Of a stretch of 64,000 nucleotides of DNA, positions 63,505 to 64,000 are shown one piece after another. Positions within the stretch are counted from its first letter, which is position 1. Every line of letters starts with the position of its first letter. Where the stretch lies: the NCBI GenBank assembly GCA_038496445.1, contig JALMLS010000612.1:620001-684000 (forward strand), in the 5' to 3' direction. Under the pieces are notes generated by a model. It did not search any database and was not told the DNA's origin. It saw only the letters and a list, made by a program, of their open reading frames with translations. This stretch comes from Trichosphaerium sp. ATCC 40318. Its lineage: Eukaryota > Protista > Tubulinea. The position numbers and the translations under genes are program-made.

Positions 63505-64000
63505 AGTACGCGCGGCTCAGTGAATGACAAGAAAATAATGACGTTTGTTTGCACTCAATTGTTTGAACAAGACCAGCTTGCTTATCAATACTAGGTACAG
63601 GATCACCTTTTAATTAATAGTTAGTATAAAAATATCACCAAACAACAAAAAGCTAAGTATGAGACTTACTCGTTGAAACAACTGACGTTGCTCCTTGTGT
63701 GTCTGGTAACGAATAACCAAACTTCATATGACCAAAAACTTGACCTGGAGGCTCAAAAGCATACGAAGGCAAATTTCTCAAAGCCCCAACAATATTTGCA
63801 ACTCCTCCTCCAAGAGAGTGTCCAGTAAGTACTATATTATCTGTTGCGTTCACCTTTACGATTGAAAAATAAGTACACCAAACAGTTGAATCCAGGTAAC
63901 AAAATCTAAGCGTAAATAAAAACACGCACGTGATTATCTATGTAATCGATAATTGGGTTGTAGTAAAGATTCTTGATTTTTGGTTCAAGTGCATTTGCAA
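63505..64000 (-). CDS. Class 3 lipase (Atg15-like fold), partial
   Basis: IVLTGHSLGGGVA, YAFEPPG, GDPVPSID...IEC....CHSL. Gene runs off the window and its 3' end is unresolved. Confidence 0.75.

Noticed and set aside
1-64000. Alternative genetic code or stop-codon readthrough as the cause of fragmented ORFs
   Set aside because: The interruptions I traced in conserved genes (eEF2, Era, APE1, DCN1) are explained by short introns, and TAA, TAG and TGA all serve as terminal stops.

Overview
Gene-dense, AT-rich eukaryotic DNA from a protist. An amoebozoan-like organism is my best guess, and that is inference only. The standard genetic code fits. About 30 protein-coding genes are split by many short introns (about 30-100 nt), so all gene models were spliced by hand and some ends are approximate. 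Recognisable genes: eEF2, Cdt1, an APE1/ExoIII AP endonuclease, mitochondrial Era (ERAL1), PPP1R21 (FERRY Fy-2), class II aldolase/adducin, two PhyH-type dioxygenases, two alpha/beta hydrolases, GNAT, F-box/LRR, RING, BTB, ricin-lectin, WH2, a divergent AAA ATPase and lipase 3. Main observations: (1) a U12-type minor-spliceosome intron in eEF2; (2) strong enrichment of the palindromic E-box CACGTG/TCACGTGA in introns and spacers; (3) two probably mitochondrion-targeted proteins built from a ~70-aa Trp-rich repeat, one with repeat-periodic introns and one ending in a RAP-like PD-(D/E)XK domain; (4) an in-frame PH-DCN1 fusion; (5) a tandem pair fusing a PUB domain to a bacterial-looking domain and sharing a GC-AG intron; (6) a recently amplified three-copy array of mucin-stalk surface proteins. 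I saw no tRNA, rRNA, CRISPR array or transposon.
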